From NCBI GenBank assembly GCA_037447605.1, contig CM074804.1:7417909-7481908 (forward strand): a stretch of DNA of 64,000 nucleotides, given 5' to 3'. The notes beneath the pieces were generated by a model. It saw only the letters and a program-made list of their open reading frames with translations, was not told where the DNA came from and searched no databases. Origin of the DNA: Zygnema circumcarinatum SAG 698-1b. Lineage: Eukaryota; Plantae; Zygnematophyceae. Positions 23,407-38,500 of this stretch are shown piece after piece. The translations under genes and the position numbers were made by a program. The stretch's first letter is position 1. Each line of letters starts with the position of its first letter.

Positions 23407-24743
23407 AGAACTATCTACTCTGGCCTGCCTGTCCCTGTTGGGACGGCGTTTAAATTTTACAATTTTGGCTTAGGGAACTTCAACACCGTTGGACCCATGT
23501 CAATCCTAGTAACGGATCCATCATGGAGTGTTAAACGAGGCACTGATGGTAGCAGGCTGAGGGACGTAATCGGCACATCACTTTTGCGGATGTTTGTAAT
23601 AAATAGTGTGTTGGGTTCAACCTGTCTCTAAGGTTGATCTGGATACCAAGCCTGCGTCGTGGAGAGGGTGCTCGTTTGCAGCATCAAAGATGTGACGAAT
23701 CAACGCTTGCCGTCGTCTCGAGCAATCCCCAAATGCGAGCCAGAATCTTGGCTTTGGCACCATCCTCATGCCAATCCTCACCGCTCAGTAAAGCTCCAGG
23801 GGGGGGTTACTGAGCGGGCAGTACCTGACAGCTCAGTTTGACAGTTGTCATTGTATGAGCGAACAACTTTTGTCCTTCAAAATTGGTATATCTCGAGTGC
23901 TCCGATGGAATGGTCCTGCCTGACATGACTGTCAATGATTGGGCTGGTCTCCAATGCGATCCACGTTCACTAAAGTCAACGCACTTCCATTAAAGTTAAG
24001 CCAGTCCCACGAAAGTCACATCAGGACCAGATTTTCAGGTTTTCTCGTCACTGGAAACGGTACTACTGGAGGGACAGCCATTTCGTTGACAAAGGGGATT
24101 GAGCACCAGTGTGCTTCGGCAAGGAGAGCTAGTGCTGGGAGCAGAATCATAAGTCAAATCACTGTAGCACAGGGTTTTGGGAGGGAAATGATCCAGAACA
24201 TAGGCACGAGCTTCAGTGTTTGAGGAGGATGTCTTCCTATGAAGTAATGGGGCTGAAGGAGTGCAAGAGACTGAAACGCATGATGTTAGAGAGGGGTATT
24301 GACTTTGTCTCACAGGGCCAATTTGGGCACTCAGCTTCTTATTATACAATCCGAAGTCTGACTTCAGAAGGGTTAATATTTAGAAGGTTGTGGTTTTTGT
24401 TATATTTTTGTGGTTTATTCCTACCACCAATAGAGACATGCTTAACAAGTGTAACTCGCTTTCAGACTTGCACGAAAATATAGAACAACGCATGCTTAAG
24501 AGGCGCGACAAGAAACAAGAAAATGGATTGATAGGACAGAAGGATACAAAGCGACGGATGAGATAAACGAGGGTAGAAATTTTGCTAACGTTAACAGAAA
24601 ACTCTGGATAACCCGCAACAGCGACACATTTCTAAAAGGAGCTACCCCTAAGAGACACACATTTTGAAATCCAGGCTTTCCACAGAACGCCAGTTGCACA
24701 GGGCAGACAGAAGCGCGGAGTACCGATATTTGGACTGGTGGAA

Positions 24744-27700
24744 TCACTTCACGCTGGGGTCAAACTCTCCCAAAAAGATCTGCTTATCGCTTGAACATGA
24801 ACCTATGATCGGCTCCTTGGGATGGAAAACTGCCTCATTCACCGATCCTTTGTGGCCGGGCAGCTGTATTCTCCACACATAAAAGCAAAGGTTTCATTAG
24901 TTCGTGAAAAGAGGAGTGGTAGAGAGAGAAAGCAGGGCAACAGCTGCATGATTCTGCAGTCAACACCAATAGTCAATAGACGTCCAGAAAGAGACGAGGC
25001 CCAGAAAAGTAAAAACCTTGTAAATGATTCGTCTTGAGGTCGTATCCCATATGTGCACCATGCGGTCTGCGCTGCCTGAAGTCACTTTCGAGCCGTCCGG
25101 CGACCAATCACATTTCAATAGGTTCTTTTCTAGCGAGTGTTGATGTCCAGTGAAAATCTTGACACAGCGATTCTGCAAGTGGAGACAGGAAAAGTCCTCA
25201 GTTTGCGGTTTTATTAAAAAAAAAAAAAACTGAACCATCCCACACTACAGACATCACACAACAGCAAGCACTTGATCATTCGAACGACAGAGACAACTGC
25301 TCTAATTTTCTAGGACCACAATACTACAGACCCATAGCATGTGCACCATGTATCTCCAGAACTCGAGCAGAAATGCTCTACACAAACACAACAAGTATAT
25401 ACATATCTCACCTGCGGAGCATAGGGCCGCATGTCCCAAATTCGCAGAGTGCAGTCCATGGCGTTCGTAAGAAGGTACGAGCCGTCAGGGCTGAGTCTCA
25501 TGCCCGTCAATGTGTCATTGTGGCCCTCCAACAGCATCACCACCTCCCCCTTACGAAGGTCCCACACCTTCACAGCGTTATCTATGCCTCCTGTATATAC
25601 TTTGTCTGCTGCATCTGAAAATGCAACAGCTGTCACCTGCCGAGAAGGATAACTTTCTGTCAAAAGCAGTTCAAAGTCTTGACCTTTCGCAACAGTTCCT
25701 CTGAAACACGTTTTTCAGGTCTTGAAAGTGAAGTTTTCAGAATGCGATTGAATAACCTGATACTTGTCCGGAAAAGTCTGAAGGGAGGCCCGCTGTCGCA
25801 TATCCCACAGTTTGGCCGTTCCGTCATCCGATCCGCTCACGATGAGAGGGGGACCTCGCCGTGCAGGGCAGCAACTATTGACAAAAGAGGAATGCTCCGA
25901 CATTTTTTTGATCTGCCCTGACCAGTCCCGGCATGCCACATCAGCTGCCAGACACGTAGCCTTCCTATATCCAAAGGTACATTGAGAAAAACGTACAGAA
26001 AATGATTACCTCAGCGCAGTTCACTCCTACGAAAAGTAAACTCAGTTCCTTTCTACAGCATCAAGCCTGTATTAGACTTTTACCTTCAAATAAGCTATCT
26101 TCTTGGAATGAACGACAATTACACGACCCGAGAATTCATGTCAGCAAAACAAAGAGGCTCCTGCGCACCCCCATTGCCCTCCCACTGTCCAGCATCCCCT
26201 CAACTATCAATTTCATCGTGACTGCCCTCCTTCACTTTCTCATTCGATGCAAACAAAATGAGCAAACCTCTAAGACTCCCCTCTTCTTTAAAGACTCTGA
26301 ACTGCCTGCCGGCCCTCCCCCCCACCTGCTTGCCGGTCTCAGCGTCCCATGCACGAACTGTCTCGTCGGGACTTGCAGACACAAGCTGTGTTCCATCCGT
26401 TGTCCAATGCAAATCGAGGACGGCGTTTTTATGGCCTTTAAGGACGCGAAAATTTTGGCAGTCCTCGTCTGTCCTCCAGAGGACTGCACACAGGAATCGA
26501 AAACATCAGCATCTGAGTAGTCCACTTGCAGTACTGGGATGCAGGTTTCACGAGCGCTTTATGTCACTTGTTAGGTGCACAAAACAATAAGTGGTTCGGA
26601 CAGCCTAAACCTTAGTACGTACTAAGCAGTTGCAGAGTTTCAATGATAATCCTTTCATGTCGTCAAGGGCGGTATTGTTGAGGCAAAGTCATAACATTTA
26701 TCAGATATCAAAGGGGTCTAGATATAGGATAGAGTATCCTTTACGTAGAGAAGCGCTGCCCTGTATTAGGAATACAAATCTTCTAGGCAGTATAGAAGAG
26801 CCCTTTCAGTCATCACCCGCATTGTTCCTTCTTACTCCTGTATGACGTCTCGAGGGACTGCAGCTTTATCCTGCAAAAGCTCGCTTGCAAATGGACACTA
26901 ACATTCAACGGGCAATAGAAGTGCGACTTTACAAATTTCTTTATCATGAGATCCTGACGCTATAACAGTTCCGTCGGGATTGAACTTCATCGTGTAAATT
27001 CCACCCTGCAACATCAAACATCAAACATACACTAACAACATTATCAACAGTTCCGCCTTATGTAGAAGAGTTAAAGTTGATGAATGACTTGTGTGACCTA
27101 GCTGAGTTCTCTGAAATTCAAAAGACAACATTGGGCTACGAGATTCTTCACTGCAGGGGAACCCTCAAAACCCTAGTAAGGAAAAAAAAAATCAATCTTC
27201 GAAGTTACACCCAAAGAAAAAAGTGCGCCCAAGAATGACAAGACCTTTCGGGGGGGTATAAAGGCAAATGGTAATGACTGCACTCTCTTCGTCATTCCTT
27301 TTTGACAATGTGCATCTATTAGCAATCAATGCAAGGCATACCCGAGAAAAATTGCCTGCCTAAAAAGCGCCAACCTTAACCTTAACTGTTTCCAGTTGCA
27401 GATGGTGTCCCAAAGAAACCAGGATTAAAAAAAAAAACCTGGCTAGGTTGAAAAAATAAAATAAAACCATGGCGAGCAGAATAAGCTTACCTGATGTCCC
27501 GTAAGGAGCATGATAGGGGCGAAGAGGCTTGAAGTACGCTTGACACCCTGATCGAATTTGTGAAAACAAAGGAGATTAAAAAAACCTCAATCCCGCATTC
27601 AGTCTCACTGTTTCAGTATTTTCCAACAATGGCAGACTTGGCAAGGAGAAATTTTGCATTCTCAAAAAGCAATAGTTTCAGGAGCACACTACCAGGGTAC

Positions 27701-28227
27701 CCATGTCAAGAAAGTGGCAAAGAATAAACGTCTCCTTAGGAAGAAAGGGAAAGCATTTGGACGTGACAATTACGCAGATCCTTGCCAGCACATGCTCGAC
27801 GCCATCAGAATGCAAATTCAAGCAAGAACTATTTTTTTCGATGACATTCAATGGCCAGCGGATTTTAGGGTTACATCAACAGAAGCGAGTAAACCTTCCA
27901 ATGACCTATTCTTGGATGTTCAGACAATGCGTGGCTTCAAAGCTGTGGGAGAAAGTGACTGCCTCCTGCATGCCTGTACTCATAATTTCATTGTCACGGG
28001 AACCAACACTGAATGCAGGTCGACTGGGTCGTTCTATGTAACTGCAGACGCTCAAGGATGAAAAAACACTAACTGACCTCTCTCGTCACAGCGACCTCCT
28101 TGATTTCCTCTTCACTTCCCTCGTCTGCAGCCATAACCATGTCCAATTTCTGCCGCTTTGCCGCCACAACTTGCAGATCGTCCTCATTGCCCTCCTCCTC
28201 GCTGCTGCGCTTTCCGGGAGCCATCAT
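24744..28227 (-). CDS. SNRNP40: U5 snRNP 40 kDa WD40 protein, multi-exon
   Basis: Exons GVKRTSSLFAPIMLLTGHQ, GGIYTMKFNPDGTVIASGSHDKEI, LKGHKNAVLDLHWTTDGTQLVSASPD, HSSFVNSCCPARRGPPLIVSGSDDGTAKLWD, FTGHQHSLEKNLLKCDWSPDGS and LPGHKGSVNEAVFHPKEPIIGSCSSDKQIFLGE. Confidence 0.93.
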
Positions 28228-28328
28228 GGCGCGCCGGCTGGAGAAAAAGATGACTGAACTGCAGAGCCGAGCGCCAGAGAGCGCCGCTTGCAGCAGTGAA
28301 TGAGTGCCTGTGGCTGCCTGCCTGCAGC

Positions 28329-28337
28329 AAACCCTAA
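28329..28337 (+). promoter_or_regulatory. Telo-box (AAACCCTAA) ~100 bp upstream of the SNRNP40 start
   Basis: Exact motif. Telo-boxes are established near plant translation and RNA-processing genes. A single short match. Confidence 0.35.
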
Positions 28338-29593
28338 TTCTGCGAGCTCGCAGGCGAGGGAGGGAGGAAGGGAGAGAGGGAGAGAGGAAGGCAGGGCAGC
28401 AAGCGAACACCTGGTCCAGTGGGAACACTCCGAACGCGATAACGACGAAACGATGGCGAAAGTGCAGCTGTGAACACACTGAAACTATTCCATGGGTTCC
28501 ACGCTGACTGTGCCAGCGGCCGTTGCCTGCAACGCTATGTGTCGACGCCATGGAGGGCGTGGCGGGACGGGGCGGGCGGGGCCGATCGAACGGCCTCTGA
28601 TCGTCGCACGCGCGGGGGCACAAACGGACGGCGCAGATTGGCTGATGGTCGGGCAGCCCGAGAGTCAATCGGACGGCTGCGATGCGCAACAAGTGCAATC
28701 GACGACTGCGATACGCCACACGAAGTAGAAGGAAGAACTAGCAGCAGCAAGAGATTGCTGCAAGACCCCTCTCCCCCCCCCCCCCCCCCCCCCCCCCNNN
28801 NNNNNNNCCCCCCCCCCCCCCCCACCCCTCACACAGGGGGGTGGGAAGGGGGAAAGTTGGAAGTCTTAGGATCGAAGGCCTTTTCTATGAAGGGGGAATT
28901 TTTTGAAACCCACTTTTGCTTCAGATTTGCTGCAGATGGGAAACAACGTTTTTCATGATGTGTGTGGTCTGTACTATTTCTCTTCATGATGGGAGTGGTA
29001 TCCTTGACACCGCCGTCAGACAAGTTTCCACAATTTGTAATTGAAAGACACACAAGAAAGATTAGTATGCTTCGCAAGTTATCTTGCCACAGCAGGTGGT
29101 CTGTATACTTCCGCAGCTTTCTTCCTTCATTAGCCATCATTCCGTTCTCTCCAAGCTCATTGCATCAGCCAAATTAGCCAACATTCAGGTATGATGCTAA
29201 GAAGGCGATAACATGGTAGCGGTTTCGATGATGCCTTGCCCGAAGCCATAAGCACCACAATCGATCATAAAAAAGGGCCCATGATTTTCTTCGTCCAGCT
29301 GTAAACTACTGCCTCACTCCCACACCTCCTTCCGCTCCCTCTGCATGTGCTCTCTAAACTAGAAATGATCCATACCATGTGAAAGGCATAGGGCCTTCAC
29401 CACATGTATCGCGCGCCTTAGCTTTATTACATGCGCCCGCCTCCCCGGACTGAGCGGAAAGAGAGACTTGACTTTCACATCCTGCACAGCTGCCAGCGCC
29501 CTACACCTACGTACTCTTAGGCTCTACCCCTACTCCCACAGTGCCAATCCAACCCCGGCCTTTCTACATCGTCATCGACCCGCCAGACGGCTC

Positions 29594-32500
29594 CTAACAT
29601 CTTTGTATCGACTTGTAGGCTTCTATATAGGCCTCCGAGCTTGCAGCGTCCCAACTAAAATCCGCCTCCACGGCGTTCTTCACAAAGCGGCCCCAGCCTT
29701 CAGGGTCCGCACTCTGCGCAGGCCACCGACGAGGAAATCAACATCCACAATTCACCACAATGGCGGAGTAAATCGCCTAGGCAGGAGTTCAATAAGGGAT
29801 GGACTGACAGACCATGCATGCATGAGGTAGGTAGGCTCATGTGAGAACTCTTCACACCCTTGAGGAAGGGTCGAAATCTAGTTCTCAAGCGTTCAAGGGC
29901 CAGTGGTTATTCTTACAATTCGTTCAATTGCACGTTGAAGGGCGTCGGCCATGTCAGCATCACTGTCAGAGTGGAACACAAACCCATTCCCTTTCGTTCT
30001 TCCCGACGAGGGATCGTCGACATCCACAATGCTGCACGCAGGTACAGAATCGCGCATTGAGGGCCGGAATGAACTATGCAGCAGAAGCGTTTCTGGTAGT
30101 TTTCAAGGGAATAGCGTTCAGGTCTTACCAGTCAGCCTTTGATCGTTGCTGGCGAGCCACGGGCAGCGCTCCATACTTCAAGCCCACAAGCTGAAAACAA
30201 CAATCCAGAGATATACTTCAGCCAATATGCCCACAAACACTCCCCTGACCTCACCTTATACTCTAAAAAGAATGAAGCAAGGAAAAGTTGACCAAATATA
30301 TTTGATGTTTGCATTCATGGGCTGTCCCGACAGCTGCTCCACGGTTGTTTCAGCGGAGTGCTGGCTCATAATTGAGAAGGTTCACTTCATGATTTTTACT
30401 CTGATCTTTCTCTCTTTTTTTCGTCCTTTTCTCTGTCAATCTGAGGTACCCAAGGGTCAATGAAGCCAATAGTAGAAAGTGTGGATGCGAGAGAGCTTCA
30501 CTTCAGTGACCAAACGAGAAAATATAGGTGAACCAAACTGACTACTTGTGCTCCTCCACCGAGAAGTAGAACAGTGCAGAAACGAGCTGCTTAGAACCTC
30601 ACCGGCAGTTGGTCTACAGGGTCCACTGTGTCTGGACACACAAGGATGTCAGAAGCTGCCACAATTAAGTGTGCCATTGCGTCATCGTATTTTATAACCA
30701 ACCCTGCATTTTCATCCTGTCATCGTAACCATCCGCAAAATCACCACAAATGACACGAAAAAGTTCGACTTAGAAAAAAGAAGCAAATAAATGTTTACAC
30801 TGAGACACTCACACATAAGTACTTTCAGGTCACTAGTCTAGCATATAAAGGATGCAGAAAGTGGGAGAATCCTCTCCTACCCTTTGTTGGCTTCCTATCC
30901 CAGAACTTCAACAGATCTATCAAACTCCTCCTGTAAGGACTGTGCGAGAACAAAATCAAATCGACGTTTCACAAGCTGAATAACCCAACTAGTAAGAGAC
31001 CAGAAGGAAACAGATTGCAGATACATGCAACGTTCTCGTGCGAACGCAAGCTTCTGAAAACCATTTGTGTTCCCACTATGGAGGAGAGAGCAGACACATA
31101 CCGCGTGGTCCCTCTGCAGGTCCTCCAAATGCGCTTGAACTCGGGGGGCTTTGCTCGCTCCTACTGCCACAAACTGCATGCCACGCAGAATGGTTCCGAG
31201 CTCATAAGAGGAATGCTCAGCAGCCCACATGGTAAAACCATGAATGCAAAGGCTTCTTACCGCTGAGTTGCAAGATCTGGCCAGCACCAAAGACGTAAAC
31301 CACCTACTCTGCAGAGTCCCTATCTTTGTTGGCCAATACATAACGATGCATGACTCCAGAGCTGTGTAAGTTGGTCTATTACCACAAGCGCTTCGCCTAG
31401 ACAAGTGTTTTTTTTTTTGAACATATGTAAAATCTGCCTGATCAGCACCCAGGTATTCACACTGCATGTTTTCAAAAGTCTAACATGCACAAAGTAAGCA
31501 TTACCTGTGCTCCGCACTCCAAAGTCCGCTTCAAGGCACTCTTAATAAACTGCAGTTCTTTCTCCGATACCAGTGGTGCTAAGCATCCGACCTGCCAGTG
31601 CATCATCATATGGAGCAGATCAATAAGGTGACCTTCGAAAGAAAGCCCTCCGCTTATCATTGAAAACGCTCTACGCTTATGATTCACGTGACCTACGTTT
31701 TAACTCAACGCGTCAAGTACGGCAATTTGAAATATGCTTTCCGGCATAATCAGTTTCAGAGCTCACCAAGGGCCTTTCTACACCCGTCCTGCTATCTACC
31801 AAGGGCAACCCAAGCCGTTGCCGAAGCTCGGCTTTTGCAAGGGCCTTCCCCGATAAATCATTCGATGAGAATGGCGCTGCGAGAAATCGGTCTCTAGAAG
31901 GATCCCACTCGTCCTCATTCACTCCCGAAGGTGCTCCCACAAACTTATGCCTACAGAGAGATGATACGTTGGGAACAGATCAGCAGCCAGTCAGACAAAA
32001 GCGTTAACATGCATGCTGGAATGTGCATTCAGTAATGAGGCAGAATGCCAACAATCAAGAGAAAATGATTGCGTAAACGTTACTTCCTCTAGGCACAACC
32101 ACAAAATTTAAACCCCTTCTTCAACCTTCATTAATCATCCTTCCAGATAACTAACACCCCCAGACTCATTTATTGGCAGGGCTGCAGTGGCATTAGCATA
32201 TTTTCCGAAACAAGGGCCCGGACATTTGGGATGCAGACCAGCTGGATGCTTGCTATACAGCGCTAAGAAAACCTGCAAAACGCACTGCTTGTCAGTGCCT
32301 ATGCTTCTCTCTCGAGATTACGAGGAAGAACCGTTTGCTTCTTCCAACTCCAACCCTACAGCCGCCACTCCATCGGTATGCAAATGGGGTGGCAAATCCA
32401 AGCATAGATGAATTTGACGGCCCACAAGTGCATAAAACATCCCAGCCTTCCCCTGACAAACTCTTAGTCAGGCGATGCTCCACACCGACTCCATGTGGTT

Positions 32501-35500
32501 CCCATGGGCCTCTCATCCCCCCCAGCAGCATTAGCATTAGGAATCCCTGCCTTCCCTCTCTACTGAACAGCAATAATGCGCTATATGGCAGCTGTCTCCC
32601 AATACCACGTGGCAGCCTCTCACTCGTGGGTGGCGATGGTCTGCTCAAGCCCGTGAGCGAGCCCCGAAGCCGAGTTCCGTACATCCGCTGCGTAGCGTGT
32701 GGAGACAGTTGTCACTTTGTTGGAGTACACAATGCCGCCCTGCAGGCACACCCCTCGCCATAGAGCCTGGTTCAAAACTATCACTTCATTCGCAGCCGTT
32801 GAGCTTCCTCCACCACACAGTCAAAAAGCAAATGAGCAGCCTATCAATTTTCCTGGGGCAGGTTCACCAAGACATGAGAGGTGGAACTACCATTCCTTCC
32901 AGGTCTTTGTAGACATTGGTTAACTGAAATGCATGCTAACATGGGCAATGCATTGCGCACCTTGAGAATGTTGGCTCGAGACGGGTCTTGGTTGTCCTGC
33001 AGTCTGTCCGGACGGTGGAGCTGCCCGGGGTCCAGTCCACACAAAGAAAGCTTTTCCGGCTCCACAGCCGTCTGCACGTGCAAGATTCCCAGGGCAAAAA
33101 TTCTCATCATGCAGCAGCGGAGACCTTTGTAGTTGGTCGGAAAACAGGAAAGGGAAATATATACGTCCGGAATCTGGATTAGGTGATCTTGTTCTGAAAT
33201 TGTATGGACAACAAAGTGGCAACCCTTAAAGAGATAGCCATGCATGTGTTCAGGAGGAGTCCGCCAAGTATGGGCTCAATTTACACATAGACTAGGATCA
33301 AGTTTGTTTTGGTGGTATACCTGATACTTGAAATTATGACAAGTGAGGAGCAGACGAGTATTGCTCATGCCCTGGCTCAGATCCCCGCAAGCACGGAGAG
33401 AGAATTAGGAGGAAGGCAGGCCAATGATCAAGAGGTAGACTGCAAGTGAGCAGCAGGCAGACCCTATCCATCTCAAGTATGCATTCAGACAGCAGCAGGG
33501 AGAGCTACGAGGATGGCAGGTTCAATGTTTTTAGCACAGGCAGTCAAATTTCTCCAATGAACAGGGGCCATCTTTAAGTAACTCTCATCGTGAAGAAACA
33601 AAAGAAAAGAGCCAAAGAAACAGCCTCCACCTGATGAGAGAAAATGTCCCAAAAGAGAGGCGCAATGACTGCAGTGTGCCAATTGTGAAGGTGAATGACG
33701 TCAGGCTCCTTCCCTGTCTTTTGGAGCCATTCTAGAGCTGCTCTGCAGAAATAGCTGAACCTGCAATGCACCATATTTCCCATTCACAGTCGATGAGGCA
33801 TCTCCCATTCAAACTGCAACGTCAGCCATTTTCCCACGATGCCATGTCACGGTTTTCGTTACTCCGCATCTGACGGCCCTTTCCATCGTTCAGTCAAACA
33901 GAGTCAGAAAATGATTGATTCGGGTTTGATGGAATTCTGATGCTTGGAGAAAGTGGTACAGCTAATTAGTGGCTTTGCTGGCAAGCAAGATTTAACTCAT
34001 TTTAGCCAGAAGTATACGGCATTCCTGACCATACCACATCATAACCGCAGGCCAAGCTACCAGGATTGAACTAACAATGCGAGAGAGCTTTCCAGTTAAA
34101 GAAAGCAGTACTACCTTTCAAAGTCGTCCTCGTAGCCGTACATTTTATCCCTTGCGAAAAATCCAGACGGATGCAAAGCTTCTATGAGCGTCACCGGCAG
34201 TCCGTAAACAGTTCTGTAAAATAGTCCAAGCAGGAGGGCCTCATAGCATTTTCAGTTCCGTGCCATTCTAACCACACTCTTGCTTAAAGGAATAGAACCG
34301 AGGAATGAAGACCTTCAGAAGCACACCCCTTAGAAATATTCCTGACAAGGATAAACACATTACAAGCAGCTCGAAAGTTTTACCCAAGACAGGCAGCACC
34401 TGCAAACAGAACTTCTTTAAGGCGGGCTTGATTTATCCATCTCACCCTGTCCAGATCTTATTCTGATACATTTCCCCTCCATAGTATGTGGTAAGTTCTC
34501 CCTTAACCTGTTGCAGATCATTCATACAATCGGTATCCAAAAAAGCATACCTGTTGCACACTCATAAACACGTCGGCAACCCTGTACGAGTTAGCAGAAG
34601 AAAACAAAATCAGCACAGAACGACTCCCCTGACAACTCAATCTAAAACAATGCTTTCCAGAGATTCACTCAAGCATACAAACTCCTGATACAACAAAAAC
34701 TCTCAAAAAATGCAAAGCTTAAGTGGACAGTGTTACATGCGAGGTCCGTAAGAGCCTACTTTGGCAGTACGACCTCCACCAGGTGGCCCTTCCGCCGGAG
34801 CGCGCGGCACAGCCCTGTGAGCCAAGGGGCCAGCGAGCCCGTCTGAGCGATGGGGGCCAGCTCCGTGCACACCTGTACGATATGCAGGCCCTTTCTGAGC
34901 CCTCTCCCGCCACCCACACAAAGGCAGCCTCTTAATCTCCACTCTTATGCCAGGCAGGGCCTGGACCTTGGCCCGGGTAAGTGACTTGAGGCTTCTTTAG
35001 GGTTCTAATCTTCTTCAAGTATAAATGAATCGTTTGGGTTTGTCCAGGAACAAAGGAGATGGCAGCTCTGGACGAATATGGCAAATTTGAAATATGCGTT
35101 AACTGGAACTGGGCGCTCTCTCAGGTAACGATTTGAAAAAATAGGTCACTCTCCAGAGTGGAGGAGAAAAATCATTGCTAGCAAGGACAAGGGCTGCAAT
35201 GACAGTGACCTAGAGGATCATGTTGCATCACATCTTGTTTCAATTGGACAATGTATGGTGAAGCTGGCTATACTAGCAAGCCCCTGACTTCCTCCCAGAA
35301 TATAGAATCCTGCATTCTCCCCTTCCGTACCTTCTGTTTACATCCAGAAGTCCAACCATCGGGCCAGCAAGTTCTGCGTCTTCTTTGTCTTGCAAATCCT
35401 CGAAAGTCTCTGCCACCATGGGATCCCGGCTCACCACACGCTCCCTAAGAGCACGCGCCTGCTCAACACTGATCGCTCGAGAAAGAAGCATGGAGTCAAT

Positions 35501-38500
35501 GCGAAGGAGGACTCTGCTCCAAACCGTCGGAGGGTCCTTCTTGCCCTTCATTTCGCGCTTCACAAGAGGAGGCTTAGGAGAGGGACCAACAGGATCAGCC
35601 ACAATGGCAGCGGTTTGACTAAGAACAGGTGGTGGTGCTTTAATCTCTGCAGGCACAAGAAATAATTGGTCACGAAATAGTCAATGCGATGACCCGGAAT
35701 TCGTTACTGAACTTTTGCTGAACATTTTGCTTGAGAAATTCCTCAATGTATTGTACCTCCTCAACTCAGAAAGGTGCACGCTATCCTTCTGCTGTCTTCT
35801 AACGCAGTAAGAAATAAGCGCACTTTCGTCACAAGAACAAAACATATGCATTACGACCCTCTGAAAGAATTATTCCTTGGCCACTTTGATTGAGCTGCTG
35901 CCAAAGTTGCAAAACCTGGCTCTCGTTGAACTCTACTATTGATTGTTTTGACATAGAAACAGAGCCAACTGAACCATCAAGTTTGCCTAAAGAAGGGGAA
36001 CTAGCAGGCAACAACATAACCGAAACCCAACAGAGCATCCTAATTTAAAGGAAAATGGGAGGCACCCGGCTATGAAATCCTCTCATCCTCACTCCCCATG
36101 AATAAAGTCCTCAATCTGGCATCAAATCCCTGCGGCGTTCAAATAAAAAATATTTCCTACACAAGGATTTGATGCGGCCGCCCATTCTCAGCTCTATCAA
36201 CTCAATTAAGCAGTTCAGAATCAGCTAAAACTAAGAACATTATCATTCAACAGAATTACTATATGTTGGCTGAAGAAAATTTCAACCAAGAAACATCTAA
36301 AACAGCAGGTTGTTCCTCAAGCTTGGTATACTCCTGCACACTGAAAGAATGAGAGCATACGGTACATCACGCAGTAAAAGGAATCCCACTCAAATAACCT
36401 ATTCACATGTTAGGCAACACTCAAATAGACGGGAAGCACGGGAAGGATTTCATGGTACTCGCAATAATCAGGACACTTAACAGTAGTAATGAACCATGTG
36501 AGGGGAACATCAAACTCCTACGACCAATACGGGGGAGGTGGTTATAGGCATTCATAAATGTGCTTTCTATATTCTACATGAAGCAATTACGGAAAGGGAA
36601 CGTCATTATATAAGCCCGGACCCGCTGTAGGTGAAAATGGCGATTGAATTATACGCCTCAGATTATAGAAAAAAAATCTTTTCATATTTCTTAAAGTTCC
36701 CGTTACTACTCCTGTTCGTCTAATTGATATAGTTAGTTTAAAAAAGGAGGGGAATGATGTCAAATCCTTCACACTCACCTTGACGGGCAAAGGCTGATCA
36801 AACTCAGAATGCACACAGTATGGCATGCTCTTATTCCCATAGGATTTGCTTACTATGCCAACCACATCCCAGTTTGAACGCGTTCCTCTGTACCTTTTTT
36901 CAAATCCGCTGCTGCAGCCAACTTGGCAATTTCAAGCGCCGCCTCAACATTCTCCAGCTGCTGCTCCAGCACTTCTCTCTGTGCCAGCTCGGCCTGCTTC
37001 TCGGCCTCCAACTGAGATACTCGTGCCATCAAAAATTCCCGATCCCTCTCCGCTTTCTGAAGTTCATCCACTGCCATCAGTCGCTGTTTGTTGAGATACA
37101 ACATGTCTGCACGCAAATTGAATGTGATGAGGCGTTTTGGTGAGGCCGACTTACTGTAATCACAACGGTTGTTTTAGGTGTTGCTTGCAACAGCACTATT
37201 TTGTGGATCAAAATGCCTATCACAGGTGAGCAAGAGCCTCACTCTGCTGTGCATCGCTGAAGAGCTTCATCATGTCTCCTCCCAGTGCCTTCCCAGCAAC
37301 GGCAGTAGCCTGAATCCAAAGGCGCGCGCTAAGTCATGTAAAGACCACGTTCTTGCAGCAGGGTCGTAAACAGAAAAGCTCATATCATCGGACCACGGCC
37401 TTAATTCAAGAACAAAGAAAAAAGTTGAGGGACAAGTTGTGGTGTGCACAAGAAAGAATGGCGAAAATGTTTCAAGTTGGAGATGAAAGCAGGAATGATG
37501 GTTCTCAGGTATCATTCAGTCTGATGTCCTAATCCAGGAGAGCTGCTTGCTATATTCACAAAAGAGAACGCCGACGATAAAAAATAAATTAGGGGATTCT
37601 TGCTCCTCCATGAACTGGAAAGACAGCACTGAGATCAAGGATTACTGAGACTGACCTGCATTGTGTCGTTACCTCGAACTTCACTCCTGCAGAGACCAAC
37701 CGTCACCCTGCAGCTGTTGAGAATCATACGACGCCTCCTATGCCGTATGGGACTAGGAGCGACATTAACCTAAATTCCTGGAAATCGTGAAAACTCTTCA
37801 GGTTTCTGAGCAGAAGATGATCCAAAGCCTGATTACAACTTTGTAGTGCCGCTTAGGCCAAGAAATTCTCGGCTCTTTCATGGAGGGAGTACACATTTAG
37901 CCCGCTCTGAAAGAACTTTGCCAGTTCAAATTAAAATTTGCGAATATGTCAAGTGCATTTCCAATAATATTAGTATGGGTGTGTCTGATAAAGGACTGGA
38001 GTTTAAGGGATTTTCCAGTGAGGAAAAGTGCTAACATAGTACCGAATATTTTGGATAGTCAGTAAACGAACTTAGTCTGTCGTAATTTAGATTTAAAAAT
38101 TTTATTGCGTACGATTGCAAGTTCCCATACCAAGATAGTTTAGAATCCTTACAGACTTCAGCGCTACCTATATGGGAATAATTCACTCACTTAAGCTGGA
38201 TTGCCGAAGTTTCCCGGTCTTCAATGTTGCTCTCTGCACTGCTCTCCCCTGCACTGTTGATCCATCCAATTGAGGGATTAGTCATTGCTGACAACCAAGA
38301 ATATGACGACACATTGAGATGATAAAGCAGAATTCGTCACAGTTCAGGTCGAACTATCGGAACAATGTAGACAGACCCGAGCCTTCAGCGTTAGCTGAGG
38401 TCTGTGTGCGCGCTTTGCTGCAATACCTGCCATTTTCGCAGGCTACAACAGTCCCCCGCGTGTTTATCGGCCGGCCTTCCAAGTAAGCGCTCTGGTCACC

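Noticed and set aside
28829-29140. 103-aa minus-strand ORF downstream of SS5
   Set aside because: No motif or splice support; likely 3' UTR or intergenic.
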